Below are positions 9,920 to 18,516 of a DNA stretch of 64,000 nucleotides, piece by piece (the first letter of the stretch is position 1; the number at the start of each line of letters is the position of its first letter). The notes below the pieces were generated by a model that saw nothing but the letters and a program-made list of their open reading frames with translations, was not told where the DNA came from and searched no databases. The DNA comes from an uncultured Chloroflexia bacterium (GTDB taxonomy: Bacteria > Chloroflexota > Chloroflexia > Thermomicrobiales > UBA6265): contig CAVRUC010000013.1 of the NCBI GenBank assembly GCA_963724295.1, forward strand, positions 256,001 to 320,000. Reading direction: 5' to 3'. A program made the position numbers and the translations under genes.

Positions 9920-11638
9920 ATGATGCATTCCGATACCACCATCATGATGCACGGCCCGCTGCCACGGATTGTCGAGTTGGCTGCTGACGTGGAGCGCTGG
10001 CCGGAGATTCTTCCGCACTACCGCTGGGTCACGCTCCTCGCGGGGGGAGGCGATCGCAAAGTCGTCGAGATGGCTGCCCGGCGTGGCCGCCTTCCGCTTC
10101 GCTGGCGCGCTATCCAGGAGGTTGACCGGTCGGTTACACCGCCGGTCATCGCCTATCGGCACATCTGGGGACCCACGCGCGGCATGGACGTCGCCTGGAC
10201 ATTCCGGGAGACCCCGGACGGAGTCCATGTCAGCATCACGCACCGCTTTCATCCGCCGTGGCCCCTGATCGGCAACATGGTCACCGACCACATCATTGGC
10301 CCGCGATTCATCGAGCACGTCGCCGGGCTGACCCTGAACACGATCAAGGAGATCGTCGAACGCGAGCCGTGGGGCGACGATCGGAACGAGCGCCTCATGA
10401 ACGTCCGCCGGCGGGTCGCAATTACCGGCATCGGCCCGATCACGGCTATCGGCAATGGCGTCGATGGACTCTGGGACGGCGTGCGGCGCGGAGAGTCCGC
10501 GGTGACGACCCTCACCCGGTTCGATCCCACCGGTTTCTCGTCCCGGGTCGCCGCCGAAGTCACGTTCCAGCCGCTCGATTTCATGGCCCCCAAGAAGGCG
10601 TACCGTCTTGACCGGTTCTCCCAGATTGCTCTTGCCACCGCGCTGATGGCACTCGCCGATGCGGGTCTTACCGCCTCCGACGCCGCGTCATCCGGCATGG
10701 GGATCTACACCGGCTCCGCGCTCGGCGGTATCGCCTTTGCCGAAGATCAACACGCCATCTTCGTCGATCGCGGTATCCGCGCCGTCTCGCCAATGCTGGC
10801 GCTCTCGGTCTTCGGCGGGGCCTCGTCCTGCAACATTGCCATCGAGCTCGGTCTAACCGGCCCCTCGGTGGCCAATGCCAACTCGTGCGCCTCTGGCACG
10901 ATCGCCATCGGCGAGGCCGCGCGCCTCATCCGGGACGGGCGCGCCGAGGCCATGCTCGCCAGTGGTGTGGAAGCGCCTCTGGCGCCGCTCACGTTTGGCG
11001 CCTTCGACATCATCCGGGTGCTCACCGGCCGCAATGACGATCCCACCTCCGCCTCTCGCCCATTCGACCGCGACCGCGATGGGTTCGTCATGGCCGAGGG
11101 TGGGGCCACGCTCGTGCTGGAAGAGTGGGATCGCGCCGAACGGCGCGGCGCGCGGATCTACGCCGAGGTGGCCGGCTACGCCACCACGAACGACGCCCAC
11201 CACATGACGGCGCCACGACCAGACGGCGCCCAGGCGGCCCGCGCCATCACGCTGGCCCTTGCCGACGCCGCTCTGCCCGCGGCAGCGATCGACTACGTGA
11301 ACGCGCACGCATCGTCGACGGTGCTCAACGACCCGGTCGAGTGTCTGGCCATCCGGCGCGCGCTCGGTCCTCACGCCGATCGGGTTGCCGTCAGCGGCAC
11401 CAAGGGTCTCCATGGTCACGCGCTGGGGGCGACCGGCGCCATGGAGACGGCGATCTGCGCGATCGGGCTGGAGCGCGGCCACCTTCCTGGTACCGCTAAC
11501 CTGATCAACCGGGACCCGGCATGCGACCTCGACATCATTCCCCCCGGCGGCCGTGACGTGCCCGCGCACTATCTGCTCAAGAACTCCTTCGGCTTCGGCG
11601 GCATCAACGCCTGTCTCGTGCTGGGCGCCGTTAGGTGA
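9920..11638 (+). CDS. SRPBCC polyketide cyclase/aromatase in frame with a FabF-like beta-ketoacyl synthase II (fusion, or two genes with KS starting at 10397)
   Basis: LAADVERWPEILPHY cyclase motif; KS catalytic NSCASG, NAHASST, KGLHGHALGA and NSFGFGG. Confidence 0.88.
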   Translation: MMHSDTTIMMHGPLPRIVELAADVERWPEILPHYRWVTLLAGGGDRKVVEMAARRGRLPLRWRAIQEVDRSVTPPVIAYRHIWGPTRGMDVAWTFRETPDGVHVSITHRFHPPWPLIGNMVTDHIIGPRFIEHVAGLTLNTIKEIVEREPWGDDRNERLMNVRRRVAITGIGPITAIGNGVDGLWDGVRRGESAVTTLTRFDPTGFSSRVAAEVTFQPLDFMAPKKAYRLDRFSQIALATALMALADAGLTASDAASSGMGIYTGSALGGIAFAEDQHAIFVDRGIRAVSPMLALSVFGGASSCNIAIELGLTGPSVANANSCASGTIAIGEAARLIRDGRAEAMLASGVEAPLAPLTFGAFDIIRVLTGRNDDPTSASRPFDRDRDGFVMAEGGATLVLEEWDRAERRGARIYAEVAGYATTNDAHHMTAPRPDGAQAARAITLALADAALPAAAIDYVNAHASSTVLNDPVECLAIRRALGPHADRVAVSGTKGLHGHALGATGAMETAICAIGLERGHLPGTANLINRDPACDLDIIPPGGRDVPAHYLLKNSFGFGGINACLVLGAVR

Positions 11639-11639
11639 G

Positions 11640-11870
11640 GGGGAGCCGCTGCGCTCAGGGGGACAAGGGGGTGTCGCTTCGCTCAGGGGGAGGCGGCGTC
11701 GCCTTCGGCTCAGGGGGGAAGGAGGAACGAGGAGGACGAAGCGGTCGTGCGTCGGTTTCCTTTCCCCTGAGTCCGCGCAGCGGACGCCTCCCCCTGAGGG
11801 AGCGTAGCGACCGGCTCCCCCTGAAGCCGCGCCAGCGGCTGCCACCCCCTGAGGCGAAGCCGGCACCCCC
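11640..11870. repeat. BIME/REP-like cluster: 3 x CTCAGGGGG followed by 4 inverted CCCCTGA units at ~27-bp period
   Basis: Read directly from the sequence. Confidence 0.7.
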
Positions 11871-11891
11871 CGTGTACATCAGGCCGTTTTG

Positions 11892-11900
11892 TGGTATAGT
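11892..11900 (+). promoter_or_regulatory. extended -10 promoter (TGgTATAGT) for the zinc-ribbon gene
   Basis: TGn-TATAGT about 150 nt upstream of the start codon. Confidence 0.6.
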
Positions 11901-12047
11901 TCCTTGACCCAGACGATATCGACGTATAGGTGTTCGTTTGGATCCGCACGAATGCGAATCCTGACGTCCTGTTCCGCCGAAACCGTTCCTGAGGTTCTTT
12001 ATTCGTTACGTGCCGTGGACGACCACGGCGAGAGAGGTTTCGGCGAG

Positions 12048-12467
12048 TTGTCCGATCGAACGATCACCTGTCGCGATTGCGGCGAGGCATTCACCTTTAC
12101 GGCCGGAGAGCAGGCGTTCTACCAGGAGCGCGGTTACTCCGAGCCCCAGCGCTGCGCCAATTGCCGGGCGGAGCGTAAGGCTCAGCGCGCGGCCAGCGGC
12201 TACGACAGCGGTAGCTCCTCGGGCGGCTACTCTCGAGGCGGTGGCGGCTATTCCAGCGGCGGATATTCCGGCGGTGGTGGTGGCTACTCCTCTGGCGGCG
12301 GTGGCGGCTATTCGTCCGGACCGCGCCAGATGTATCCGGCTGTGTGCTCGTCCTGCGGCAAGGAGACGGAAGTCCCCTTCCAGCCGCGGAACGACAAGCC
12401 GGTCTACTGCCGCGAGTGCTTCCAGGAGAAGCGCGCGTCCGCACCGAGCTACGGCAGCCGCTACTAG
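12048..12467 (+). CDS. zinc-ribbon / CxxC-x17-CxxC domain protein with a Gly-Tyr-Ser linker
   Basis: CRDC..FTAGEQAFY..PQRCANC and CSSCGKETEVPFQP..PVYCREC; TTG start after GAGAGG. Confidence 0.9.
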   Translation: MSDRTITCRDCGEAFTFTAGEQAFYQERGYSEPQRCANCRAERKAQRAASGYDSGSSSGGYSRGGGGYSSGGYSGGGGGYSSGGGGGYSSGPRQMYPAVCSSCGKETEVPFQPRNDKPVYCRECFQEKRASAPSYGSRY

Positions 12468-12513
12468 ACCATCCCGGTTCGCGGACCATACCGCGTCAGG
12501 ATAGTCTGAGCCT

Positions 12514-12544
12514 GACCGGCCGGGGCATGCCCCGGCCGGTCTTT
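12514..12544 (+). terminator. intrinsic terminator
   Basis: GACCGGCCGGGGCAT palindrome followed by TTT. Confidence 0.75.
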
Positions 12545-12657
12545 GCCTATCTGAACCGGGATTGGTCGCCCGGCGGTGCTTAGGCCCCGACTGCTCGGCT
12601 GGTTTAGCCAAACCTCAGCCGCCCTTGGAGCGCGACCGAAGGGTGATTACATCAATA

Positions 12658-12687
12658 TTGACTCTTTGTAAGGGTATCCAGTACTAT
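12658..12687 (+). promoter_or_regulatory. sigma70-type promoter TTGACT-N18-TACTAT
   Basis: AT-rich patch upstream of the ORF at 12729. Confidence 0.55.
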
Positions 12688-12728
12688 TAGCGGATGGGTC
12701 GTAGGTATCGAGCAGAGAAAAGGAGCGC

Positions 12729-13046
12729 ATGTTGTCCCAAAACCACGATATGAGTCTTTACGAACCGGGGACACCACCAACTGCCGCAGCGCTCGAAGGA
12801 CCCGACCAGCATCGGGCGTTCATCGATGGCATCGAGATCTGCGCGGATCGTTTTCCGTCCGATGAGGAAAAGCGCGTTTCCTGTTTCGCTGAGGTCGTGA
12901 AGACCACGATTGGCCGCAGGGCATCCAAACGCACCGGGACCGCGATTCCAGCGGACAGCGTGGAGAGCCGCCGGCGCGGTAGCGCCCATGCCCACGCGGC
13001 GCTACGTGCCAAGCGAGCCGCGCAGAAAGCCGAAGCCGCGGTCTAG
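12729..13046 (+). CDS. hypothetical protein with a basic C-terminus
   Basis: AAGGAG SD; has its own promoter and terminator. Confidence 0.65.
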   Translation: MLSQNHDMSLYEPGTPPTAAALEGPDQHRAFIDGIEICADRFPSDEEKRVSCFAEVVKTTIGRRASKRTGTAIPADSVESRRRGSAHAHAALRAKRAAQKAEAAV

Positions 13047-13077
13047 CACCGTTCGTCCCCATCGACGACAGCTGCGG

Positions 13078-13112
13078 AACGGCCCTCGAGCGTAACGCTC
13101 GAGGGCCGTTTG
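13078..13112. terminator. bidirectional intrinsic terminator
   Basis: AACGGCCCTCGAGCGT-A-ACGCTCGAGGGCCGTT between convergent genes. Confidence 0.8.
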
Positions 13113-13143
13113 TTACCTGCGTTTACCGTTGATTCCGTCGTGC

Positions 13144-14862
13144 TCAAACCGACGCCGGTAGGGGCCGCTTGTCACGACGTCCTCTTCGTGGCGGCGGCGG
13201 TGGCTCCGGCGGGCGAATCGTCAACTCCCGGCCCTTCCCGCGCTGCTCGTCGTACCAGGTGAAGCCACCCGCGTAATCGCGCACCACCCCCCCGTCCAGC
13301 TCGATGATCCGGCCGCAGATGGTGTCGAGGAACGCGCGGTCGTGGGAGATGGTGAGGATCGTCCCCTGACTCTCGTCGAGGAAGGCCAGCAACGCCTCTT
13401 CCAGCCGCTCGACGCTCGGGATGTCGAGATTGTTCGTCGGTTCGTCCAGGAGCAGGAAGTTGGCGCCCCGCAAGATCAACGCCGCGATTTGCAAGCGCGC
13501 ACGCTGCCCGCCGCTGAGCCCTCCGATGCGACCGAGCATGTCATCGCGGGTGAAGAGGTAGCGATTGAGAAAACCAATCGCCGCCTGCTCCGACATCGGC
13601 TTCAGCGTGCGCACGAAATCCATCGGCGTCGCCTTCGGATCGAGGGTCTCCTGCTCCTGGGCGTAGTAGCCGACCACTACCGAGGGACCGAGACGCAGCG
13701 TGCCGCCGCTGGGCGGCTCCTCGCCGCGCACCATGCGGAACAGCGTCGTCTTTCCTGAGCCATTGGCCCCGACCAATCCGACCGACTCGCCGTGACGAAT
13801 CTCGAGGTCGAACGGTTCGAGCACCACCCGCTCGCCGAACGACTTGGCGACTCCTTTGCCGTCCAGCACCAGTGTCGAGCCGCGCTCGGCGGCGAAGGCG
13901 ACGTCGATCTGGCGCGGGTTGAGTACCGGCGCCGGAGTACTCTCCAGGCGTTCCCGCTCTTCGGCCAGCTTGCGTCGCATGTTCTCGGCACGCGAGGCGA
14001 ACTTGGGGTTCTGCCGCGCCCACTGCGTCAATTGCTCGGCGCTCGCCTTGAGCTTGCGAAACTCCCGCTCCTGCAGCTCCCGCAATTGCGCGCCCCGCTC
14101 CAGCCGGGCACGTTTCTCACCGACGTAGGCGGCGTAGTTGCCGGTGTACCCTTCGACACGGCCCTTTTCCAGCTCGAAGATGCGGTTGGCCGCGCGGTCG
14201 ATGAAGTAGCGGTCGTGGGAGATGACGGCCACCGCTCCCCGGTGGTCTCGCACGTACCCCTCCAGCCAGGTCTTGCCCGCGAAGTCGAGGTGGTTGTCCG
14301 GCTCGTCGAGGAGGAGCACGTCTGGCTCCTCGATCAGCAGCCGTGCCAACCCGATCAGCTTCTTCTCCCCGCCGCTGAGCTGTCCGATCTGCTGATCGCT
14401 ACGCGCTTCGGGGAACCCCAGTCCATCAAGCACGCGGCCGACTTGCCCTGTCTCCGCGCCGTCATCGAGCCGTTCCAGGACCACCGCGTAGGCGTCCATG
14501 ATGGCCGTCAGCTCCTCGTCGCCAGCGGCCTCGCCCATCATCTGCTCGAGCTCGCGCGCCCGCGCCTCCAGCACCGTGGGGTCGCCGGCGGCGAGAGCGA
14601 TCGCCTCGCGCACCGTCTGACCGGGATCGAAATCGGGCTCCTGGCTGAGGAACCCGACGCGGGTACCGCGCGCCAGCGTCAGTGTCCCGCGCTGCGGCCG
14701 CAGCTGCCCGGCCATCAGCCGGAAGAGGGTGCTCTTGCCCGAACCATTTGCGCCGATCAACGCCAGGCGATCCCCTTGACGAATCTCGAATGTGGCGCCG
14801 GTCAGCACGTCGTTGCCGCCATAGGCGTACTCGAGGTTGGCGGCCTGGATCAACAGCGTCAT
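13144..14862 (-). CDS. ABC-F family ATP-binding protein
   Basis: Two Walker A motifs (GANGSGKS/T), LSGG twice, LLLDEP twice, no TM segment. Confidence 0.93.
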   Translation of the reverse strand: MTLLIQAANLEYAYGGNDVLTGATFEIRQGDRLALIGANGSGKSTLFRLMAGQLRPQRGTLTLARGTRVGFLSQEPDFDPGQTVREAIALAAGDPTVLEARARELEQMMGEAAGDEELTAIMDAYAVVLERLDDGAETGQVGRVLDGLGFPEARSDQQIGQLSGGEKKLIGLARLLIEEPDVLLLDEPDNHLDFAGKTWLEGYVRDHRGAVAVISHDRYFIDRAANRIFELEKGRVEGYTGNYAAYVGEKRARLERGAQLRELQEREFRKLKASAEQLTQWARQNPKFASRAENMRRKLAEERERLESTPAPVLNPRQIDVAFAAERGSTLVLDGKGVAKSFGERVVLEPFDLEIRHGESVGLVGANGSGKTTLFRMVRGEEPPSGGTLRLGPSVVVGYYAQEQETLDPKATPMDFVRTLKPMSEQAAIGFLNRYLFTRDDMLGRIGGLSGGQRARLQIAALILRGANFLLLDEPTNNLDIPSVERLEEALLAFLDESQGTILTISHDRAFLDTICGRIIELDGGVVRDYAGGFTWYDEQRGKGRELTIRPPEPPPPPRRGRRDKRPLPASV

Positions 14863-15770
14863 GATGGGCTCATCCTCGCGGCGGCGATTCGTTCGAAGCG
14901 CGCCTGGACCTCTGCCGGGACCGTCGATCGTTGCCCGTATGAATATTCGATTGGCGGCCAGTAAAAGATAAGCTCCCCGATGCCGATCGCGTCGTAGCCG
15001 CCGACAAACTCGTCGAACGCATCAAGTGATGAAAATGGATCTGGGTTGGGGCTCAGCGCCAGCACCGAGCGCTGGATCGTGGCCGGATCGCGCCCGATCT
15101 CGACGCAGATTTCGTCCAGCCGCTCGCTCAGTCGGCGCGTCCGCGAGACGACCTCAGCCAGTGGCAAGCGCTGGGCTGGATCGAGTCCCGCGGGGAATGG
15201 CTGACCACCGAGCGTATTCCAACCATCACCGAAGCGAGCGGCGACGCGCAAGGCCCGGTCGCCGTGGGCGGCGATGACCAGCGGCGGCCGTGGGCGTTGC
15301 ACCGGAGGTGGAAGCTGGGCGTCCTGGATCGGATAGTGCTGCCCTTCGTGTGTCACACGCTCACCACGCAAGAGTGCGTCGAGGATGGCGGCGTGCTCTT
15401 CGAGCCGCTCCACACGTTCCCGCGGGGGCCACTCGTCCTGGCCGAACGCAGCGTAAGGGTGGGGAGGACCGCCCGAGCCAAGTCCCACCGTGACACGACC
15501 GTCGGAGATCTGATCGAGGGTGATGACCTGTGCTGCCAGAAACGTCGGGTGACGAAAGGTGATGGCGGTGACCATCGTCCCCAGCCGGACGCGCGTGGTG
15601 TCGCGCGCCAGGGCGCCGAGCAAGGTCCACGGCTCGAAGTCGGCATAGTCGGGCACCATGAGATCGTCGTTGACCCAGGCGCTCGCGAAGCCAAGCTCCT
15701 CGGCGACGCGAAAGTGCCGGGCGATCTCGGCGTAGGGCGCCCGGCTGAAGGTGAAGATCCCGAACCGCAT
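14859..15770 (-). CDS. LLM-class flavin/F420-dependent oxidoreductase
   Basis: AEELGFASAW, RLGTMVT..FRHP..LDQISDGR. Confidence 0.9.
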   Translation of the reverse strand: MRFGIFTFSRAPYAEIARHFRVAEELGFASAWVNDDLMVPDYADFEPWTLLGALARDTTRVRLGTMVTAITFRHPTFLAAQVITLDQISDGRVTVGLGSGGPPHPYAAFGQDEWPPRERVERLEEHAAILDALLRGERVTHEGQHYPIQDAQLPPPVQRPRPPLVIAAHGDRALRVAARFGDGWNTLGGQPFPAGLDPAQRLPLAEVVSRTRRLSERLDEICVEIGRDPATIQRSVLALSPNPDPFSSLDAFDEFVGGYDAIGIGELIFYWPPIEYSYGQRSTVPAEVQARFERIAAARMSPS

Positions 15771-16019
15771 CGCTCTTTCCAAACCTCTCATCCCTCGACA
15801 CCAGGCGGCTACCTGGCAAGTAACCGGTCAACGACCGGCAACGCCACGGCGGGGCAGCAGCCCCCGCATTGTGCGTCAAAAGCCTGCTTCCCGCGCAACC
15901 AGGAGAACGCTCTCGGAGCGCTGCCAGCCTGATGGCTGCTCCTGCACGCGGACACCTGCGTGTAGGATGCAGGTTCCGGCCGTAGCTCGCGGCCGCTCGC
16001 TTGGCCATGGAGGACCACC

Positions 16020-16529
16020 ATGCCTCGATTATCGCGACTGCTGACCCTGGTTGCGCTCGTCGCGCTCGTCATCGCCGGCGGCGCATGGGCCGCTCGCGTC
16101 ACCGCCGAGATGAGCACCCCAACCGGCGATGCCGGCGCTGCGACGTTGATCCTGATCGAGCACGCCGATCTCGTCACCGAGATCGATCTGGGCGAGCCGG
16201 GGGCGTCGGTGGGGGACATGCTGGTGTGGGGACCAGACCCGCTCTATGACGACACCAATGACAACGATACCGGCGCCACCACGCAGGGGACATGCATCGC
16301 CTTCAACGTAAACTCAGACTGCCTTGCCGCCGAGACGATCCTCTTCCCGGACGGCAGCACCCTCGAGTTCCAGGGTATCGAGCGCGGTGGCGCGTCAGCG
16401 GTGCGGACGATCGTCGGCGGTTCGGGACGCTTTCTGGGCGCAGTCGGGACCATGACGGCGGCTCCATCCGCTGACCTCAAGCTCTGGACCAAGACGATCG
16501 AGTTCGCGGCGCCTCCCGACCGGCCATGA
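16020..16529 (+). CDS. secreted dirigent/allene-oxide-cyclase-like barrel protein
   Basis: Signal peptide; DLGEPGASVGD and IVGGSGRFLGAVG. Confidence 0.7.
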   Translation: MPRLSRLLTLVALVALVIAGGAWAARVTAEMSTPTGDAGAATLILIEHADLVTEIDLGEPGASVGDMLVWGPDPLYDDTNDNDTGATTQGTCIAFNVNSDCLAAETILFPDGSTLEFQGIERGGASAVRTIVGGSGRFLGAVGTMTAAPSADLKLWTKTIEFAAPPDRP

Positions 16530-16718
16530 ATGCGGATCGATGATCAGAGAGCCAGCAGCAGAGTCCTCTCATCAGGAAGACCACGGCGTGGCAGAAGTCG
16601 TACTGGGCGAATGGCAGTCACTCAGGACCTTCCATTACATAAGTCCAGGTGGTGCTGCGGCGCGGGGAGCATGCTCCCCGCGCCACAGATCGCGTCGAAC
16701 TGGGTTGTTTGCCGCTCG

Positions 16719-17513
16719 TTATTGCGCTTGCAGCTCGTAGGTCATGGTCACGTCGACAGCGACGGTCGTCGAGCCGGGCTCGACCGGAGTGGCCGCCTGG
16801 CCCGCGCCCATGCCGCCGCCACGGGCCATGTCGTAGACCGGGGAGATGAGCGGTGACGTCCCTTCGGAGATGGCGACCACGGGACCCAGCGACATACCCG
16901 CCGCCGCGGCCAGCTCCTCGGCTTTGGTCCGCGCGTCTTCGACCGCTTCGGCGCGTGCGTCACTGGACGCTTCGGTCTGGTCCTCGACGTAGAACGTCAC
17001 CCCGTAGATGCTGTTCGCCCCGGCGTTCACCGCCGCGTCGAGCAGCTCGCCGAGCTGGTCGGTGTCGCGCACCGTCACCCGTAGCTGGTTGACGATCTCG
17101 AACCCGGTGATCAGCGTCGGGTCCGCGTTCTCGGAGTAGTCGCGCAGGATGTTCACGCTGTAGAAGTCGGTCTGGATATCTTCGGGCGCGATCCCCGCCG
17201 CCTCGAACGCCTCGATGACCGCCGTCGCCTGGGCGGTGGCCGTTTCCTGGGCCTCGTCCAGCGTCGGCTTGATGATATCGACGCCGATGTTGACCGAGGC
17301 GGTATCGGGCGGAACGTTGACCGACCCGTGCCCGCTTACGCTGACCGTCGGTACGCCCAGCGCCATACCGGAGACCGTCGGCGTTGCCATCTCTTCTTGC
17401 GCCATCGCGATGCCGCCGAGTGCGTTCGTCGCCAACAATCCCGCCAGCGCCAGGGACACCGCAAGTGTTCCCGCACGCCGCGCCCGGATTCCCCGCTGCC
17501 GTTCCTGGGGCAT
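16719..17513 (-). CDS. SIMPL (DUF541) domain protein
   Basis: VSVSGHGSV.VPPD, AGANSIYGV and ARAEAVEDARTKAEELA. Confidence 0.9.
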   Translation of the reverse strand: MPQERQRGIRARRAGTLAVSLALAGLLATNALGGIAMAQEEMATPTVSGMALGVPTVSVSGHGSVNVPPDTASVNIGVDIIKPTLDEAQETATAQATAVIEAFEAAGIAPEDIQTDFYSVNILRDYSENADPTLITGFEIVNQLRVTVRDTDQLGELLDAAVNAGANSIYGVTFYVEDQTEASSDARAEAVEDARTKAEELAAAAGMSLGPVVAISEGTSPLISPVYDMARGGGMGAGQAATPVEPGSTTVAVDVTMTYELQAQ

Positions 17514-17586
17514 ATCCTGTCTCCTCTCGGTTCCGACGCTGATTCCCGGTCACCCAGCGGCGACCGGCTGTTCGCTCCCCTCTGGG

Positions 17587-18516
17587 CTAGCTTCCGGCTC
17601 GCCGCAGGCCGCGCACCCAGCGCAGACCGACGATGGTGACGACGAGCCAGGCCAGCGCGAAGGCGAGGGCGAGCTGCGCCAGGCGCAGCCGGGAAGGCTG
17701 GGCGTCAGTCGCTGCCGGCGCGTCGGCATCGGCTGTCGCCGTCTCGGGACCCCGCGCGAGCCCCGCTCCGGGTGTGGGGACCGCTTGCGTCACCGCCGCC
17801 AGCGCCGCGCTGGTGGCGACGCTCAGGTCTGTGTCCGCGGTCTCCGCATCCTCCAGCATTTCTTCAGACGCGCTATTGCCACTTGTGGTTCCTTCAGATG
17901 GATTTGATGCCACGTTGGACGACGGCTCGGAGTTGGAGTTGGCCGGAGCGAGGGCGGCATTGCTGTCGCTCGGGGCTTCCGGCGCGGGAGCTGCCGGTGG
18001 CGCCGACTCGGACGCGGGCGCCGCGCGGAAATCCAATTGCTGCACCGGCGTCTCATCCGAAAGCCAGTCCGCGGGTTGGGGAGGCATGCCCATGAGATCG
18101 CTGGTGGTCACCAGCAGCAGCAGCACGCCGACCACCATAGCCGCCGCCTGCAGTCCCGGAAGCCACCCCGCGGCGCGACCAGCCTCGGCGTGCGCCACGG
18201 CAGTCGCGGCCGACGCCGGATAACCACTCCCGCCGAAAGGACCGGACCAGGACTGACCGCGCGGCAGACGCCGTCGTGACGCGCGCGCGTGCTCGTGACC
18301 GAGGCAAAAGGAACGGCGGGGCGTGTACTGGGGAAGACCTGCCAGCAGCACCACCGTGGTCCGGATTTCGAGGACTTCCCGGTGGCAGGCGGGACATTCG
18401 TGCAGATGGAACTCGATCGTCGTCAGATCGTCCGCTCCGAGATCCCGGTCAACGAACGCGCTGACCGCGTCGATATCGAGATGTCCGGGGCGGTCCGCCG
18501 GGTGGTGATCAGTCAT
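17587..18516 (-). CDS. zf-HC2 anti-sigma factor
   Basis: HLHECPAC motif, TM helices, downstream of an ECF sigma. Confidence 0.85.
   Translation of the reverse strand: MTDHHPADRPGHLDIDAVSAFVDRDLGADDLTTIEFHLHECPACHREVLEIRTTVVLLAGLPQYTPRRSFCLGHEHARASRRRLPRGQSWSGPFGGSGYPASAATAVAHAEAGRAAGWLPGLQAAAMVVGVLLLLVTTSDLMGMPPQPADWLSDETPVQQLDFRAAPASESAPPAAPAPEAPSDSNAALAPANSNSEPSSNVASNPSEGTTSGNSASEEMLEDAETADTDLSVATSAALAAVTQAVPTPGAGLARGPETATADADAPAATDAQPSRLRLAQLALAFALAWLVVTIVGLRWVRGLRRAGS

Noticed and set aside
11640..11870. CRISPR array
   Set aside because: The conserved core is only ~9 bp, the halves are inverted, and there are no cas genes.
13144..14862. Antibiotic-resistance (ARE) ABC-F assignment
   Set aside because: The subfamily cannot be determined by eye, and I saw no attenuator leader.
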